Source of the DNA: Malacoraja senta
Taxonomy: Eukaryota
Length of the DNA: 64,000 nucleotides
Assembly: GCA_038087875.1 (NCBI GenBank)
Contig: CM075996.1
Location: 8,310,001-8,374,000 of the forward strand
Direction: 5' to 3'
Position 1 is the stretch's first letter, and each line of letters opens with the position of its first letter. The position numbers and the translations under genes are program-made. Shown in pieces: positions 51,233 through 63,387 of the stretch. Under the pieces are notes generated by a model. The model made no database searches. It was not told the DNA's origin and was given only the letters and a program-made list of their open reading frames with translations.

Positions 51233-52452
51233 ACGGCCATGGTGGCGAAGCAGTAGAGTTGCTGCCTAATGCCCGTCTCACTAAGGGAATTTTTTAGGCG
51301 ACTACAGGCGACTAGGCTGTCGCCACATGGTCGCCGGGGTGTCGCCTGTATGGTCGTGAGTAGTCTCCTCAGTCGGCCGAAGAATCGTAGCGTTTTTCTA
51401 GTCACCGCTGGATTTTGAAATGTTCTGAACTTTTCGGCGACAGTGGGTTTGACGCCAATGAGCGTAGCTTGACTTTTCCTGACGTAGGTGCTGTCGTAGG
51501 TTGTCGCCAGGTGACGTAGGTTGTCGCCGGTGCTGACTTCGGTGAATTCCATTGGCGACTACCTATGTCAACCGGCGACAGGTACCGGCGACTGAATTGT
51601 CTTACCTTGACGTAGGTTGTCGTAAGTGTGGTCGTAGGTGGACGTCCTAATGGGTCGCCGTTTGTCGGTAGCTTGCCGCAGCTGGACGTCGACAAGGTGG
51701 TAGGTTGTTGTAGACATTCGGAAGCCGTGGTCTCCTGGGAGGTAGCGGCCGCTCCAGACACTCCGGGCCGCTGAGAGTGTTCACGCAACGCCGGAGCTTC
51801 ATCATCCGGCGAGAGGGCCTGAGGCATCAGGCTGCCGTATCGGCGACTGCAGAAGCCTCAATAGGCCCTGACTATGGGTGAACTGGGGATGGGACTGGAC
51901 TTTGCTGCCTTCCCCCACAGTGGGAACCATTGTGGGGGGATGTTTTTATGTTATTGTTAAATTCTTGAATGTTATCTTTATTTGTGTGCTGCATGGCAAG
52001 TCAAATTTCACTACACCAATTGGTGTACGTGACAATAAATGTTTATCTATCTATCTATCTTATCTATCTACATTGTCCTAGGGGGGTCCAGTTGTCGGTT
52101 TTTCGGCGACCTGTTACGACTATGACAGTCGCCGGCAGTTGCCGAAAAATATCGCCTAAGTGGGACAGGCTCATTACAACGCTTGCAGCGACGGAGACCC
52201 GGGTTCGATCCCTACTACGGGTGCTGTCTGTACAGAGTTTGTACGTTCTCCCCGTGACCTGCGTGGATTCTCTCTGAGATCTTCGGTTTCCACCCACACT
52301 CCAAAGACATCCAGGTGTGTAGGTTAATTGGCTTGGTGTAAATGTAAATTGTGTAGGATAGTGATAATGTGCAGGGATCGCGGGTCGGTGCGGACTCGGT
52401 GGGTCAAAGGGCCTGTTTCCGCGCTGTATCTCTAAACTAAACTGAACTAAAA
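51233..52452 (+). mobile_element. HE1-like SINE interrupted by a Harbinger-like MITE (51270-52173)
   Basis: SINE head ends GCTGCC-TAA and resumes TTA-CAACGC; MITE right TIR GTGGGACAGGCTCA. Confidence 0.8.
51719..52069 (+). mobile_element. Non-autonomous retroposon with GC-rich core and (TCTA)n tail, nested in the MITE
   Basis: ACATT TSD at 51714-51718 and 52070-52074; ends GTGACAATAAA..(TCTA)n. Confidence 0.7.
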
Positions 52453-53261
52453 GAATCCAACCTTTCCCTCCTATTGTCGAGGGGTGAATGTGATGTTACA
52501 TCTCACTCTGCTCCAGAGCAAGAGGTGGCAAACCACACTATATACCTCAATGGGTCAATAGACACAAAAAGCTGGAGTAACTCAGCGGGTCAGGCAGCAT
52601 CTCTGAAGAAAAGAAATGGGTGACGTTTCAGGTCGAGACCCTTCTTCAGACTGAGTCAGGGGAGAGGGAGACCAGAGATATAGTCGGTGATATTGAGAGA
52701 TGTAGAACAAATAGGTGGTAGGTTATTGATAGGGGACGATCAGCCATGATCACATTGAATGGCGGTGCTGGCTCGAAGGGCCGAATCCCTACTCCTGCAC
52801 CTATTTTCTATGTTTCTATGTTTCTAAATGAATGAAAGATATGCAAAAAAAGTAACGATTATAAAGGAAACATTTTTCGTCACATGTACTGATGTACAGT
52901 GAATTTTTTTTTGCATTCTGTTCAGTAAAAGTATTACTCTTCATAAACACAATCATAGATTAAGTACCAGTGTATAGCAATAGTACACTGAGACCGTAAA
53001 CAAGAGCTGCCAGATTTTGGTGCCATTTTCAAGTCCAAGTTGTTATAAGTGTAGAGTTCTTGACCTCACCATTGCGGCCATGGTTGCACAGCGATAGATT
53101 TGCTGCCTTACAGTGCTTGCAGTGCCGGAGACCCGGGGATTCCGACTACAGGTGCTGTCTGTGCGGAGTTTGTACGTTCTCCCTGTGACCTGCGTGGGTT
53201 TTCTCCGAGATCTTTGGTTTCCTCCCCCCCCAAACACACTCTGAAGAATCCTTGTTCTCCA

Positions 53262-54480
53262 GAGATAGACACAAAATGCGAGAGTAACTCAGCGGGTCAG
53301 GCAGCATCTCTGGATGGAAGGAATGAGTGACGTTCCGGGTCGAGACCCTTCTTCAGACTGAGAGTCAGGGGAGAGGAAGACAATAGACAATAGACAATAG
53401 ACAATAGACGCAGGAGTAGGCCATTCGGCCCTTCGAGCCAGCACCGCCATTCAATATGATCATGGCTGATCATCCCCAATCAGTACCCCGTTCCTGCCTT
53501 CTCCCCATATCCCCTGACTCCGCTATTTTTAAGAGCCCTATCTAGCTCTCCCTTGAAAGCATCCAGAGAACCGGCCTCCACCGCCCTCTGAGTCAGAGAA
53601 TTCCACAGACTCACCACTCTCTGTGAGAAAAAATGTTTCCTCGTCTCTGTTCTAAATGGCTTACTTCTTATTCTTAAACTGTGGCCCCTGGTTCTGGACT
53701 CCCCCAACATCGGGAACATGTTTCCTGCCTCTAGCGTGTCCAAACCCTTAACAATCTTATATGTTTCAATGAGATTCCCTCTCATCCTTCTAAACTCTAG
53801 AGTGTACAAGCCAAGCTGCTCCATTCTCTCAGCATATGACAGTCCCGCCATCCCAGGAATTAACCTTATAAACCTACGCTGCACTCCCTCAATAGCAAGA
53901 ATGGCCTTCCACAAATTAGGGGACCAAAACTGCACACAATACTCCAGGTGTGGTCTCACTAGGGCTCTGTACAACTGCAGAAGGACCTCTTTGCTCCTAT
54001 ATTCGATTCCTCTTGTTATAAAGGCCAACATGCCATTCGCTTTCTTCACTGCCTGCTGTTACCTGCATGCTTACTTTCATAGACTGATGTACAAGGACCC
54101 CCAGATCCCGTTACTCAGAGATAAGGAAGAGTAAGGTGTGAAAATGAGCTCTTAAAGGGGTTGAGGATCAAGGAAAATGTAGAATAGATGATTGTTAACT
54201 AGGAGAAGCAAACAGAAATAAAATTTAATCAGAAGGACAGTCAGACTTGTCAGAGAACTCGGAAGGGGAAGGGATAGAGAGTGAGGGAAAGCAAAAGTTA
54301 CTTTAAGTTGGAGAAGTCAATATTCATACTGCTGCCCAAGTGAAATATGAGGAGTTCTTCCTCCAATTTGTGCTGGGCCTCACTCTGACAGTGGAGGAGG
54401 CCCAGGTCAGAAAGGTCTGTGTGTGAATGGGAGGGGGAGTTAAAGTGTTTAGCAACCGGGAGATCAGGTAGGTTTAGGTC
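53262..54480 (-). mobile_element. Penelope-derived element interrupted by a young CR1
   Basis: pLTR at 53262-53360; PDLPVAKHFNSPSHS..MNIDFSNLK at 54298-54480. Confidence 0.8.
53379..54112 (-). mobile_element. Young 5'-truncated CR1 (HER1-like) LINE
   Basis: 189-aa ORF nearly identical to 36883-37449; (CAATAGA)n tail. Confidence 0.92.
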
Positions 54481-54819
54481 GAGATGCTGCCTGACCCACT
54501 GAGTACTTTGTGTCTTTGAGGGAGCACACACAGGGAACATGTAGATCCTGCAAAGACATCAGATGTACGGGGAGACACAGTGAGTGGGCAGAGGGAGTGT
54601 GTGCTATGGTAAACGGCTGCATAGGCAGTCAGCTCAGGTGGACAGGACGTGCCAGTGGAATGTGTGATGGCAGAATACAAAGCAGCTTTACACATTACTT
54701 TATATTTTCGAGCTACAGTGTGGAAACAGGCCTTTTGACCCACCAAGTCCGCGCCGACCAACGATCCCCGCACACTAGCACTACCCTACACATTAGGGAC
54801 AATTTACAATTTTACCAAA

Positions 54820-56358
54820 AGCACAAAAGCAATTGGACCAGATCAGATACAGAATCAAGCCCTCAAGATCGCGGCCGAAGAACTGGCTCCAGTTTTGCAG
54901 TTCATTTTCCGACAATCGCTTGACTCAGGTGATGTTCCGCTGGATTGGAGGAAGGCTAACATCACTCCTCTCTTTAAGAAGGGTTCAACCACCAACCCAG
55001 CGAATTATCGTCCTGTTTCATTAACAAGTACTTGCTGCAAATTACTGGAGCATGTAATTGATAGTAATCTGATGAGACGCGTGAGCAAACATAACATTCT
55101 TGCTGACAACCAACATGCATTTAGGAGGCATAGATCATGTGAGTCTCAGCTTATCCTGACGACAAATGACCTGGCCAAACGTCATCACGGATTTAGTAGT
55201 GCTGGACTTTTCTAAAGCATTTGATGTCATCCCACACCAGAGACTGCTTCGGAAGCTTGACTTCTATGGTATTCGTTCCAACACGAAACGATGGATTTCC
55301 AGTTTCCTGACAAAACATCTTCAGCGTGTGTGTGTGTGAACGGAAAGAGCTCCAATTTGCATCCAGTGTTGGGTGGTACACCTCAGGGCACAGTACTTGG
55401 CCCACATCTGTTTTTGCTTTACATAAACGACATCCATGAAAAAGTCGCAAGCACGACCAGACTATTCGCTGATGATTGTTTGCTGAACCGTCCAATTAAG
55501 TCAGCTGATGATGAAGATGCTCTCCAAAAGGACCTCGATACAATGGTTGAGTGGTCACAACAATGGGGCATGCAGTTCAACCCTTGCAAATGTGAAACCA
55601 TGCGTGTCACCAGAAAGAGGAATCCAGGCGAAACATCGTACAATATACTTGGTACCACCCCTGAAGAATCCAAACAAACCAAGTATCTTGGCATCAAATT
55701 GCAGAATGATCTGCGCTGGAATGGTCAGACTCATCATGCAACGGTGAAAGCAACAGGTGTCCCAAATTTTCTGAGGCGCAACTTTCATCATTGTTCAACT
55801 TCTGTCAAGGAGAAGCTATACTTCACCCTCGTTAGACCTCATTTGGACTACGCAGTTGCAGCATGGGACCCATACACAAACAAAAACATTTCTTCCATCG
55901 AACGTGTCCAAAGACAGGCAGCTCGATTTGTTACTAACACCTATGAGAGAGAAGCGAGTGTTACCAAACTTCTGAATTCTCTGGGGTGGAACCCTCTCCA
56001 AGACAGACGTGAAGCTCACCGTTTGACCTGTTTTTACAAAATGTTAAATGGTCAGCTCGACATAGATTACAAGACCTACACCAAACCCAAACCAACTAGG
56101 AGCAGACGAGGGCATTCGATCCAATTTGTGATTCCAGCTACCAAGACAGATGTGTACAGCAATTCATTCTTCCCCCGCACAATTAAAGCATGGAATAATC
56201 TCCACCCTACTTTAGTTACCCAACCAGATGCAACTAAATTTAAGGTAGCTCTTTCTTCCCAAAAACCCTTTCTGGCTTAAGTCCTCCCTCCACCACCTCC
56301 AGTTTAAATTCCATTTGGAATATTTTGGAGGACCAAGAAACCAAGAACCAAGAACCAA
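54820..56358 (+). mobile_element. CR1-clade LINE (RT + C-terminus), 5'-truncated, inserted in an HE1-like SINE
   Basis: VPLDWRKANITPLFKKG..NYRPVSLTS; PQGTVLGPHLFLLYINDI..RLFADDCLL; 329-aa ORF 55291-56280; (ACCAAGA)n tail. Confidence 0.9.
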
Positions 56359-56636
56359 AGCCAATTAACCGACAAGCTTGTACGTCCTTGGAGTGTGAGA
56401 GTACCTGGGGAAAACCCACACGGTTACAGGGAGAACGAACAAACTCCGTACAGACAGCACCCGCAGTTAGGATCGAACCCGGTTCTCTGGCGCTGTGAGG
56501 CAGCAACTCTACTGCCTGTCCGCTGTGTTGAAGGAGAGAAACACTGGGCCAATGTTACATTTGGATGCTCTGCTGCAGAACTGGCCAGCTCAGGTTCACA
56601 CAGAAAAAGCGACTGAGATCTGTAGAAATCAATATT

Positions 56637-57015
56637 AAAGATAGACACAAAATGCAGGAGTAACTCAGCGGGACGGGCAGCATCTCTGGAGAGAAGGAAT
56701 GGCCGGCGTTTCGGGTCGAGACCATTCTTCAGACTTCTTGAATCTAATGAAGGGGCTCAACCCGAAACTTCCTCCGTTCCTCCTCTCCAGAGATGCTGCC
56801 TGCCTGCCTGCCTGAAGAAGGGTTTTGGCCCGAAATGTTGCCTATTTCCTTCACTCCATAGATGCTGCCGCACCCGCTGAGTTTCTCCAGCGTTTTTGTC
56901 TACCTTCGATTTTCCAGCATCTGCAGTTCCTTCTTAAACATGCTGCCTGTCCCGCTGAGTTTCTCCAGCTTTTTATGTCTATCCAGTGTAAACCAGCATC
57001 TGCAGTTCCTTCCTA
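56637..57015. mobile_element. Inverted pLTR element with a second nested pLTR (56812-56940)
   Basis: 13-bp TSD AGAAATCAATATT at 56624-56636 and 57016-57028. Confidence 0.85.
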
Positions 57016-57366
57016 AGAAATCAATATTGAGTTGGGGGATTCAATTCAATAAATCGATGATACTTTATTGTCACGTGTACCCGGGTACAGTGAAATCCTT
57101 TGTTTTTGCGTACAATACAAAAAAATATCCAAGAATCACCAGGTAGCTGCCGCCAAGAAAGTTACAAAAGTAATCATTAGTCCCGAAGATCCCTCTTTAT
57201 TCTTGGCACTCTCAACCCCCCCTTCCCCCCTCCCCCCAACACCCCCCCCCCCCCCCCACACGTCTATGCTAGGAATGGACGGATAAGGATCACTTGTTTA
57301 AATTGACATCAATGTTTGGCACAGACATTGTGGGCCAAAGGGCCTGTCATGTCTTCTATTTATCTC

Positions 57367-58021
57367 TTAGTTTAGTTTACTGATACAGCGGGGAAACGGG
57401 CCCTTCGGCCCACCGAGTCCGTGCCGACCAGCGATCACCGCGCACTAACATTATCCTACACACACTAAGGGTTTGGACACGCTAGGGGCAGGAAACATGT
57501 TCCCGATGTTGGGGGAGTCCAGAACCAGGGGCCACAGTTTAAGAATAAAGGGTAAGCCCTTTAGAATAGAGATGAGGAAACACTTTTTCTCACAGAGAGT
57601 TGTGAGTCTGTGGAATTCTCTGCCTCAGAGGGCAGTGGAGGCCGGTTCTCTGGATGCTTTCAAGAGAGAGCTAGATAGGGCTCTTAAAGATAGTGGAGTC
57701 AGGGGATATGGGGAGAAGGCAGGAACGGGGTACTGATTGGGGATGATCAGCCATGATCACATTGAATGGAGGTGCTGGCTCGAAGGGCCAAATGGCCTAC
57801 TCCTGCACCTATTGTCTATTGTCTAAGGACAATTTACAATTTCACCAAGCCAATTAGCCACGTCTTTGGAGTGTGGGAGGAAACCGGAGCTCCCGGAGAA
57901 AACCCACGCATGTCACAGGGAGAACGTACAGACTCCATACACACAGCACCCGTAGTCAGGATCAAACCAGGGTCGCTGGCACTGTAAGGCAGTAACTCTA
58001 CCGCTGCGCCACCGTGCTGCC
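57367..58021 (-). mobile_element. HE1-like SINE interrupted by a young CR1 3' fragment (57468-57824, +)
   Basis: CTAAGG repeated at the insertion junctions. Confidence 0.85.
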
Positions 58022-58536
58022 CAGCAATTCTGCTGCGATTCTGCTTAAAGCCCATCTCTGGGACACAACCTTCATCTTCTATTCCGCTTACCCAAGCAGG
58101 TGATTGTTTGGTATTAAGTTCCAAGCACATCCAAGCAGGATGATTGTTGAAAGCTGCCCTAGATAACAAGGCAGGAGCAGATGATTCTGAGCCTCTGGGA
58201 GTTGCCACTCCACAACCAAGCTGTATCTCTAAAGTAAACTAAACTAGAAGCACCAGCAGAATATCCAGAGGCTGGGCAGAACTGACCCCAAAAATGCAGC
58301 TCACATTGACAATGGGGCAGAGCATTGGGATGGGTGCAGGCAGAAAGATACAGCCATTGGTGTGTGATTTTTGCAAGATGATTGGTAAACAGTGAGGGAG
58401 AGAGGGAAATGAGGGGCATGGTTGCTGCTGGGTTGTTGCTGAAAGGAGACAGGGGACGGCAGGACATTGTACAACAAGGGGCTTTATTCCCTGGAGGCCT
58501 TGCGGCACCTCATTATGGGCAGGTCCAGCGACCATT

Positions 58537-59390
58537 TAAAAAAAAAATGTTAATCAAAAATATTCATTCAAATATTAAAATAATATTTACAGTACAGTAA
58601 AAAAACAAAACAGAACTCACCACCATAATACACGACAAACGATAAACTATTATACAACTGTCTTACAATCCTTGTCAAGGATGAATTCAACCCCTCGCAG
58701 TGCCCAGCGGTTCCGGAAATCCCGCAGGGCGCACATGGACAGCGAGTAGTCCCACTCTAGTGACACCCGGGCACGGACGTAACCCTGGAAAATGGGCGGA
58801 TAGCCGGCTCGGGCAGAATCCTCTTCCGCCTGGTGCCTAGGAGCAACCCAACCAGGACATCCTCGGCCCTACCCTCTCCCCTACGCACAGGGTGTCCAAA
58901 GATGAGGATGGTGGGTGAGAAGTGCAGCAAGAAGGCAAGGAGCAGCCCCTTTAGATAATGGAACAGGGGCTGCAGCCTCACACACTCCATATACAGGTGG
59001 TACACAGACTCTTCCAGCTCGCAAAAGTGGCAGGCGGCTGGCGAGTCTGTGAACAGCGAGAGAAACAGGTTGCCCAGGGGACTCCTCGATGCAGTATCCT
59101 CCACCCCAGGTCTCCGATGTAGAGTGGGAGAATCCCTGCATAGAGGGACTCCCACCGGGGGGGGGGGGGGCCCTCGCGACCAGAAGGCAACACCGACCGC
59201 CACTTAGTGTCCGGACGGTGGACCAGGGCGAGGAAATGCAGGGTGTGGAGGAGGAGCCCGTACAGGACACGCTTCCCTGCGTCTCGGAGGGAGATGAAGG
59301 GTGTCGAGGAAAGACGGCTCAAGTTGTGTGGGATCGGCTCCCGGGAAGGATTACGGCGCCTGGGTCCGACGCTCCAGCAACCATTGACTG
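58537..59390 (-). mobile_element. Tx1-like LINE ORF2 C-terminal fragment
   Basis: GDLGWRILHRG..ACHFCELEESVYHLYMECVRLQPLF (CCHC zinc knuckle), frameshifted. Confidence 0.8.
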
Positions 59391-59439
59391 GAATGGTCCC
59401 ACCAGACTCTGGGCCTTAGAATAAATATGGGGCCTCTTG

Positions 59440-59657
59440 TACATGTGGACGCACACACGCAGACATCTGCACACGCATGTATGCACTCACACGTTTGCGC
59501 GCACACACGCGCGCCACATTCACACATACAGGCAAGCATACGTGACATGCGCGCACACACGCGGGCACGTATGTGTGCATGCATGTGTGTGCATGCATGT
59601 GTGTGTGGGCACCGTATGTGCATGCATTTGTGTGCAGGTGTGTGTGTGTGTGCATGA
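59440..59657. repeat. Alternating purine-pyrimidine (CA then TG) low-complexity tract
   Basis: CA/CG-rich first half, TG-rich second half. Confidence 0.85.
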
Positions 59658-60648
59658 CTGAAGATGGGTCTCGACCCAAAACGTCACCCATTCCTTCGCT
59701 CCAGAGATGCTACCTGTGCCGCTGAGTTACTCCAGCATTTCGTGTCTATCTTTGGTTTAACCCAGCATCTGCAGTTCCTTCCTACACGTGTACACCCACT
59801 GTATACAGAGTTTGTATGTCCCTACACTCTTATACAGAGTGTGTACACTCCTTACATATATTGTCTTTCTGCTGACTGGATAGCATGCAACAAAAAGCTT
59901 TTCACTGTACCTCGGTTGACATGACAATAAACTAAGCTGTAACACCACCCTTTGTGTGAAAAGGAGGGATAGATATTGCCCCGTGATGGTGGAGGCTATG
60001 AGTACAGGAGTGGCGATGTTTTGTCCCATTAATCAGGGCCATGGTTGCGTATCATCATCACATCTCAGATTGTTCTGCATCACCAAGGCTGAGCTGTCAT
60101 TATAAATGGAAAGCAGCAGTGGCCCAGGTACTGCACAGCCTGCCTGCCCAGCGCTGGACCAAATGCTTTGTACATATTATATCCATGCTGTGATTGCCAC
60201 TCTTATGTAATCGGCTCCACTCTACTACCAGATACGTTGTGACGGTGCCGTACTGAAAGCCTTTTGAAAATCTACCTTGGTAACATCAACAGCACTTACG
60301 TCCCTCTTCTCCCTCTCAATCAACCCTCAATTAACACAGTTAAATTTAGCCATTCATGAGTTCCCCCCCCCCCTCTGTTCAGTCATCTGTTAGTCGCTGT
60401 TAATGTTCCCCTAGATAATGATCTCTGAGTGTTTCTCCGTCACTGACATTGGTTATTCCGGCAGTATTCTGCCAGTATTCTCTTTCTTCTCCATGTAGCA
60501 TACGCAAAGAACACCCTTGTCCACACAGTATACCGGAGAAAACCCAGGGGAGAACGTACAAACGTAGTCGGGATCGAACCCTGGCCTCCGGCGCTGCATT
60601 TGCTATAAGGCAGCAATTCTACCGCTGTGGCCACCGTGACCGCCCTTA

Positions 60649-61107
60649 ATAATAATAATAATAATAAATTTTATTTATGGGCGCCTTTCAAAAATCTCAA
60701 GGACACCTTACAAAGTTTTACATGTAAGCGGAATAAAATAAATATTAAAGACATCACGAGTACACAAATTAAAGCCAGAATTCAATTCAAAAACAAAAAT
60801 CAAAAACACACTATGGAAGAGAGAGCAGCGGCTGCTAAAGCGCGCCAGCGTCCACTCTCCCTTCCGACCGCCATCTTGGACATAGACTAACATAGACACT
60901 ACACATTACACACAAAATCATCCCCCCACAGTGATTACCACTGTGGGGGAAGGCACAATGTCAAGTCCCCAACCCCAGTTCACCCAAGTCAGGCCTATTG
61001 AGGCCTCCACAGTTGCCTCTACTGAGGCCCGATGTTCCTGGCGGTTCTCACCGGGTGCAGTTGCCCCGGCGTCGGAAGAGTCCTCACAGCGGCTGGGATG
61101 GCTGGAA
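60649..61107 (-). mobile_element. Non-autonomous retroposon with the same core as 51719-52069 but an L2-type tail
   Basis: CTTA TSD at 60645-60648 and 61108-61111; tail GTAAGGTGTCCTTGAG..GAAAGGCGCCCATAAATAAAA(TTA)n. Confidence 0.75.
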
Positions 61108-62470
61108 CTTACACTGTATACACTGTGTACCTGTATGTCCTTACAATGTATACAGAGTGTGTATGTCCATACACTGTACACAGTGTGTATGTCCATACAC
61201 TGTACAGTGTGTATGTCCGCACACTGTATACAGAGTGTGTATGTCCATACACTGTACACAGTGTATATGTCCGCACACTGTATACAGAGTGTGTGTGTCC
61301 TTACACTGTACACAGTGGGCATATCCTTACACTGCATATAGAGTGGGTATGTCAATAGACAATAGACAATAGGTGCAGGAGTAGGCTATTCAGCCCTTCG
61401 AGCCAGCACCGCCATTCAATGTGATCATGGCTGATCATCCCTTGCACTGTATGCAGAGTGTGTGTGTCCTTACACTGTACATACAATGTACTCTCCCCTA
61501 CACTGTACACAGAGTGTGTGCGCTTTCTTACACTGGACATAGAACAGACACTTCCCTACAGGGCACAAAGTGCTGGAGTAGCTCAGCACGTTAGGCAGCA
61601 TCTCTGGAGAACGTGGACCCAAAACGTCATCTAGCTATGTTCTCCAGGGATGCTACCCGACCTGCTGAGTTACTCCAGCATTTTATGTCCATTTGCATAT
61701 TCAGCAGCTTCCGCAGATCCTTGTTTCTAGGTTTATGCACTTCCCCACACTGCACAGAGTATGCATGTCCTTACTGTGTGTATGTCGTTACTGTGTGTAT
61801 GTCCCTACACTGCACAGGGTGTGTATGTACTTACACTGCATACAGAGTGTGTATATCCCTACACTGTACAGAGTGTGTAGTTTAGTTTAGAGATACAGCG
61901 CGGAAACATGCCCTTCGGCCCACCGGGTCCGCGCCGACCAGCCATCCCCGCACATTAACACTATCCTACACCCTCCAGGGACAATTTTTACATTTATACC
62001 AAGCCAATTAACCTACAAACCTGCACGTCTTTGGGGTGTGGAAGGAAACCGAAGATCTCGGAGAAAACCCAGGGGGAGAACGTACAAACTCCGTACAGAC
62101 AGCACCCGTAGTCGGGATCGAACCCGGGCCTCCGGCGCAACATTCGGTGTAAAGCAGCAATTCTACCGCTGTGCCACCGTGACCGCCCTTACACTGTATA
62201 CAGAGTGTGTACCTGTATGTCCTTATACTGTATACAGAGTGTATATGTCCATACACTGTACACAGTGTGTATGTTCGTACACTGTATACAGTGTGTGTGT
62301 CCTTAATCTGTATGCACGGTGTGTTTGTCCTTACACTGTACACACAATGTACACTCCCTACACTGTACAGTGTGTGTGTACTTCCCTACACTGTACACAG
62401 AGTGTGCGGGCTGTCTTACATTGTACACAGTGTGCACTATCCCACACCGTACAGAGTGTGTGCTATCTTA
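61108..62470. repeat. ~28-30-bp palindromic minisatellite (ACACTGTAYACAGWGTGTGTATGTCC), interrupted by TEs
   Basis: Many degenerate tandem units. Confidence 0.85.
61877..62188 (-). mobile_element. HE1-like SINE
   Basis: Full length. Confidence 0.85.
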
Positions 62471-63063
62471 CACAGCATACCGATGCTCCCTTCCCCGCAT
62501 TGTTCACAGGGGGCATGCCCTTCCTGCACCGTTCACGGATCGCAACCTTCTCCACACCACACACAGAGCACGCTCCTCAGTCCACCCGGGAATGGTTTCC
62601 TGTAATATACACACAACACCATTCACAGCGCCACTCGGGATCTGTTCCTCTTTCCCGCAGAATTAGAAACAAAATGGTTAAGTTAGTTGCAATGCAGAGG
62701 CCTGAATTATTCATCTGGAGACGTGCGTTGAAATCCCAGTGCGGAAGCTGGGGAGTTTAATTCAGTTAATTAACTAATCTGTGATGGGAATCAGAAAATT
62801 AATGGATTCTTGTAAATAACCATCTGGTTTATTTGTGCGTTTGAGAGAAGAAAGCCTGCCATCCTTGCCCAGCCCGTCTCCGGAGCTTCACCCTCAGTGC
62901 CACCCTAATGCCACATGGTCTCCATGGATCACCAGCCGCAGTTGGGAGGGGTAGAGGCGTGGTCTCCCGGTCATGGCCCATCCCGGGAAAGAGCAAAATA
63001 AGTCTTGCAGTGGGGCAGGTCATTGAGGGTGTGAATGGCCGAACCATGCCGGGTTCCAGTAAA

Positions 63064-63387
63064 TGCGGCACGGTGGCACAGCAGTAGAGTTGCTGCCTTA
63101 CAGCGCTTGCAGCGCCAGAGACCCGGGTTCGGTCCCGACTGTGGGCGCTGTCTGTACGCAGTTTGTACGTTCTCCCCGTGACCTGCGTGGGTTTTCTCAG
63201 AGATCTTCGGTTTCCTTCCACATTCCAAAGAAGTACAGGTTTGTAAGTTAATTGGCTTGGTGTAAATGTAAATTGTCCCTACTGGGTGTAGGATAGTGTT
63301 AATGTGCGGGGATCGCTGGTTGGTGCGGACTCGGTGGGCCCAAGGGCCTGTTTCCGCGTTGTATCTCCAAACTAAACTAAACTAAAA
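63064..63387 (+). mobile_element. Young HE1-like SINE
   Basis: Intact head, body and (TAAAC)n tail. Confidence 0.9.

Noticed and set aside
61108..62470. CRISPR-like array of ~29-bp palindromic repeats
   Set aside because: Units are head-to-tail and degenerate with no unique spacers, the context is eukaryotic, and there are no cas genes.
62038..62760. 240-aa Cys/Tyr/Thr-rich ORF and similar ORFs at 60918-62666
   Set aside because: They read through an antisense SINE and a stop-poor minisatellite, with no domain pattern.
63064..63140. tRNA gene (A and B boxes)
   Set aside because: It is the tRNA-derived head of an HE1-like SINE, continuing into the SINE body; the same holds for the other ~20 copies.
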